Shown here: in pieces, positions 63,002-64,000 of the stretch
How the letters are laid out: each line of letters opens with the position of its first letter
Numbering within the stretch: the first letter of the stretch is position 1
From: Eledone cirrhosa
Taxonomy: Eukaryota
Direction: 5' to 3'
Length of the DNA stretch: 64,000 nt
Assembly (NCBI GenBank): GCA_964016885.1
Contig: OZ024742.1
Location: 238,824,001-238,888,000, forward strand
The notes under the pieces: model-generated
Told to the model about the DNA's origin: nothing
Databases searched by the model: none
Seen by the model: the letters and a program-made list of their open reading frames with translations, nothing else
Program-made: the position numbers and the translations under genes

Positions 63002-64000
63002 ATCTCGGGAATTTTACCCGCCCTAGATAGATATAAATATAATTCAGCGAGAATCGTATTTCGACTGGTAGAAAAAGCGAAACGTAACGCAAAATCGTAG
63101 AAATGCTGGCAAGCGCTCAATAGTTAAAAAAAATAGAGCTAAACAATATGTTAAAACGCCATACAAACTGAAAAAGTGGTTAAGAAGGCATTAACCACCT
63201 AAGACAAAAAACAAATCAAGCTAAACAGGTCAAACAAAATAAATGATAAAAACAGACCTGGACCCAAATGGAACTGGTGGTAAAATCCAAATGCAGGGTT
63301 TCTATGACACCTAAATCAATAATACTGTCTGCTTAAAACTATAAGCTTTCAGCATAAAGATCGAACAAGGAATATCACGTTATCAACAGGTAATTCTGCT
63401 CTGTAACCAACTTTGCGAGTGACGCAGAGAATAGTAAACGCACATGCGTAAATCACAAGAGGAAATTCCCCATATTTTGGCAAATGAATTCAGTATGTGT
63501 ATATCATACAAAAAATTGCATAGATAGCACAAATCGAATAAGCATTCAACCGGGTAGTTTTTTAAAATAAACTTATGCAATTAATCTGTCAATAGAATTA
63601 TTAACAGGTTTATAGCGAAGAACTCTAGCGGTATGAATGTAACAAGGAGACATGGTTTGTGTGTATAATATTTAATCAACAATTTAACAGTATAGTTGAC
63701 ATGTCAAAGAAATAGATGAAAGAATGAAGCAAAGTTAGTAGTTACCGTTTTGATTGCCAGGCAAACGCAGGCTGGCAGAAGACGCCTGGCGAGGGCCAGG
63801 CGCCGGAAGGGCAAATGAGAGGGAGAGAGCCGAAAGCTATTCGTTTTATAGGGCTCTGTCGGAAGTTACAGAAAGGGTTCTACTTCCCGTCTAGATGTTG
63901 TTAATCTATTGGGGTTGTGAGTCACAACAAGGGAGGCTACTGCTACATAACCTCCCGCCAGAATTTTAGAATATAAAAATCGAATGAAATATGTAGCAAG

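Noticed and set aside
63325-63390. Minus-strand hammerhead with UUGAUAA core
   Set aside because: The core and GAAA are present, but the UH site and stem I cannot be registered without several indels.
63700-64000. Minus-strand TATAAA with a downstream TCATT initiator (LTR-like promoter)
   Set aside because: It lies at the window edge with no second LTR, PBS or ORF to support it.

Overview
This is AT-rich eukaryotic intergenic DNA with no recognisable host gene. The repeat content looks molluscan or cephalopod-like, which is an inference. About 13 kb is strand-biased (TA/TACA)n microsatellite, and that explains the very long I/Y/M/C/V/H/T pseudo-ORFs. The rest is mostly decayed mobile elements: a CR1/L2-group LINE, several RTE LINEs, four Penelope-like elements (PLEs; RT plus GIY-YIG), fragments of Tx1/L1-, R4/Dong- and CRE-like elements, a mariner, a Helitron Pif1 relic interrupted by a TTAA MITE, and three SINE-like families. 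The main hidden signal is about 18 type-I hammerhead ribozyme (HHR) folds, found by eye on both strands. They lie in PLE pseudo-LTRs, in short islands between (TA)n blocks, in fold-back units, and in a ~315-bp tandem dimer resembling a non-LTR retrozyme. Stem sequences differ but pairing is kept. Several have variant cores: UUGAUAA (a C3U/G8A compensatory pair), CCGAAGA and CAGAAGA. All folds were paired manually and none was tested computationally or biochemically.
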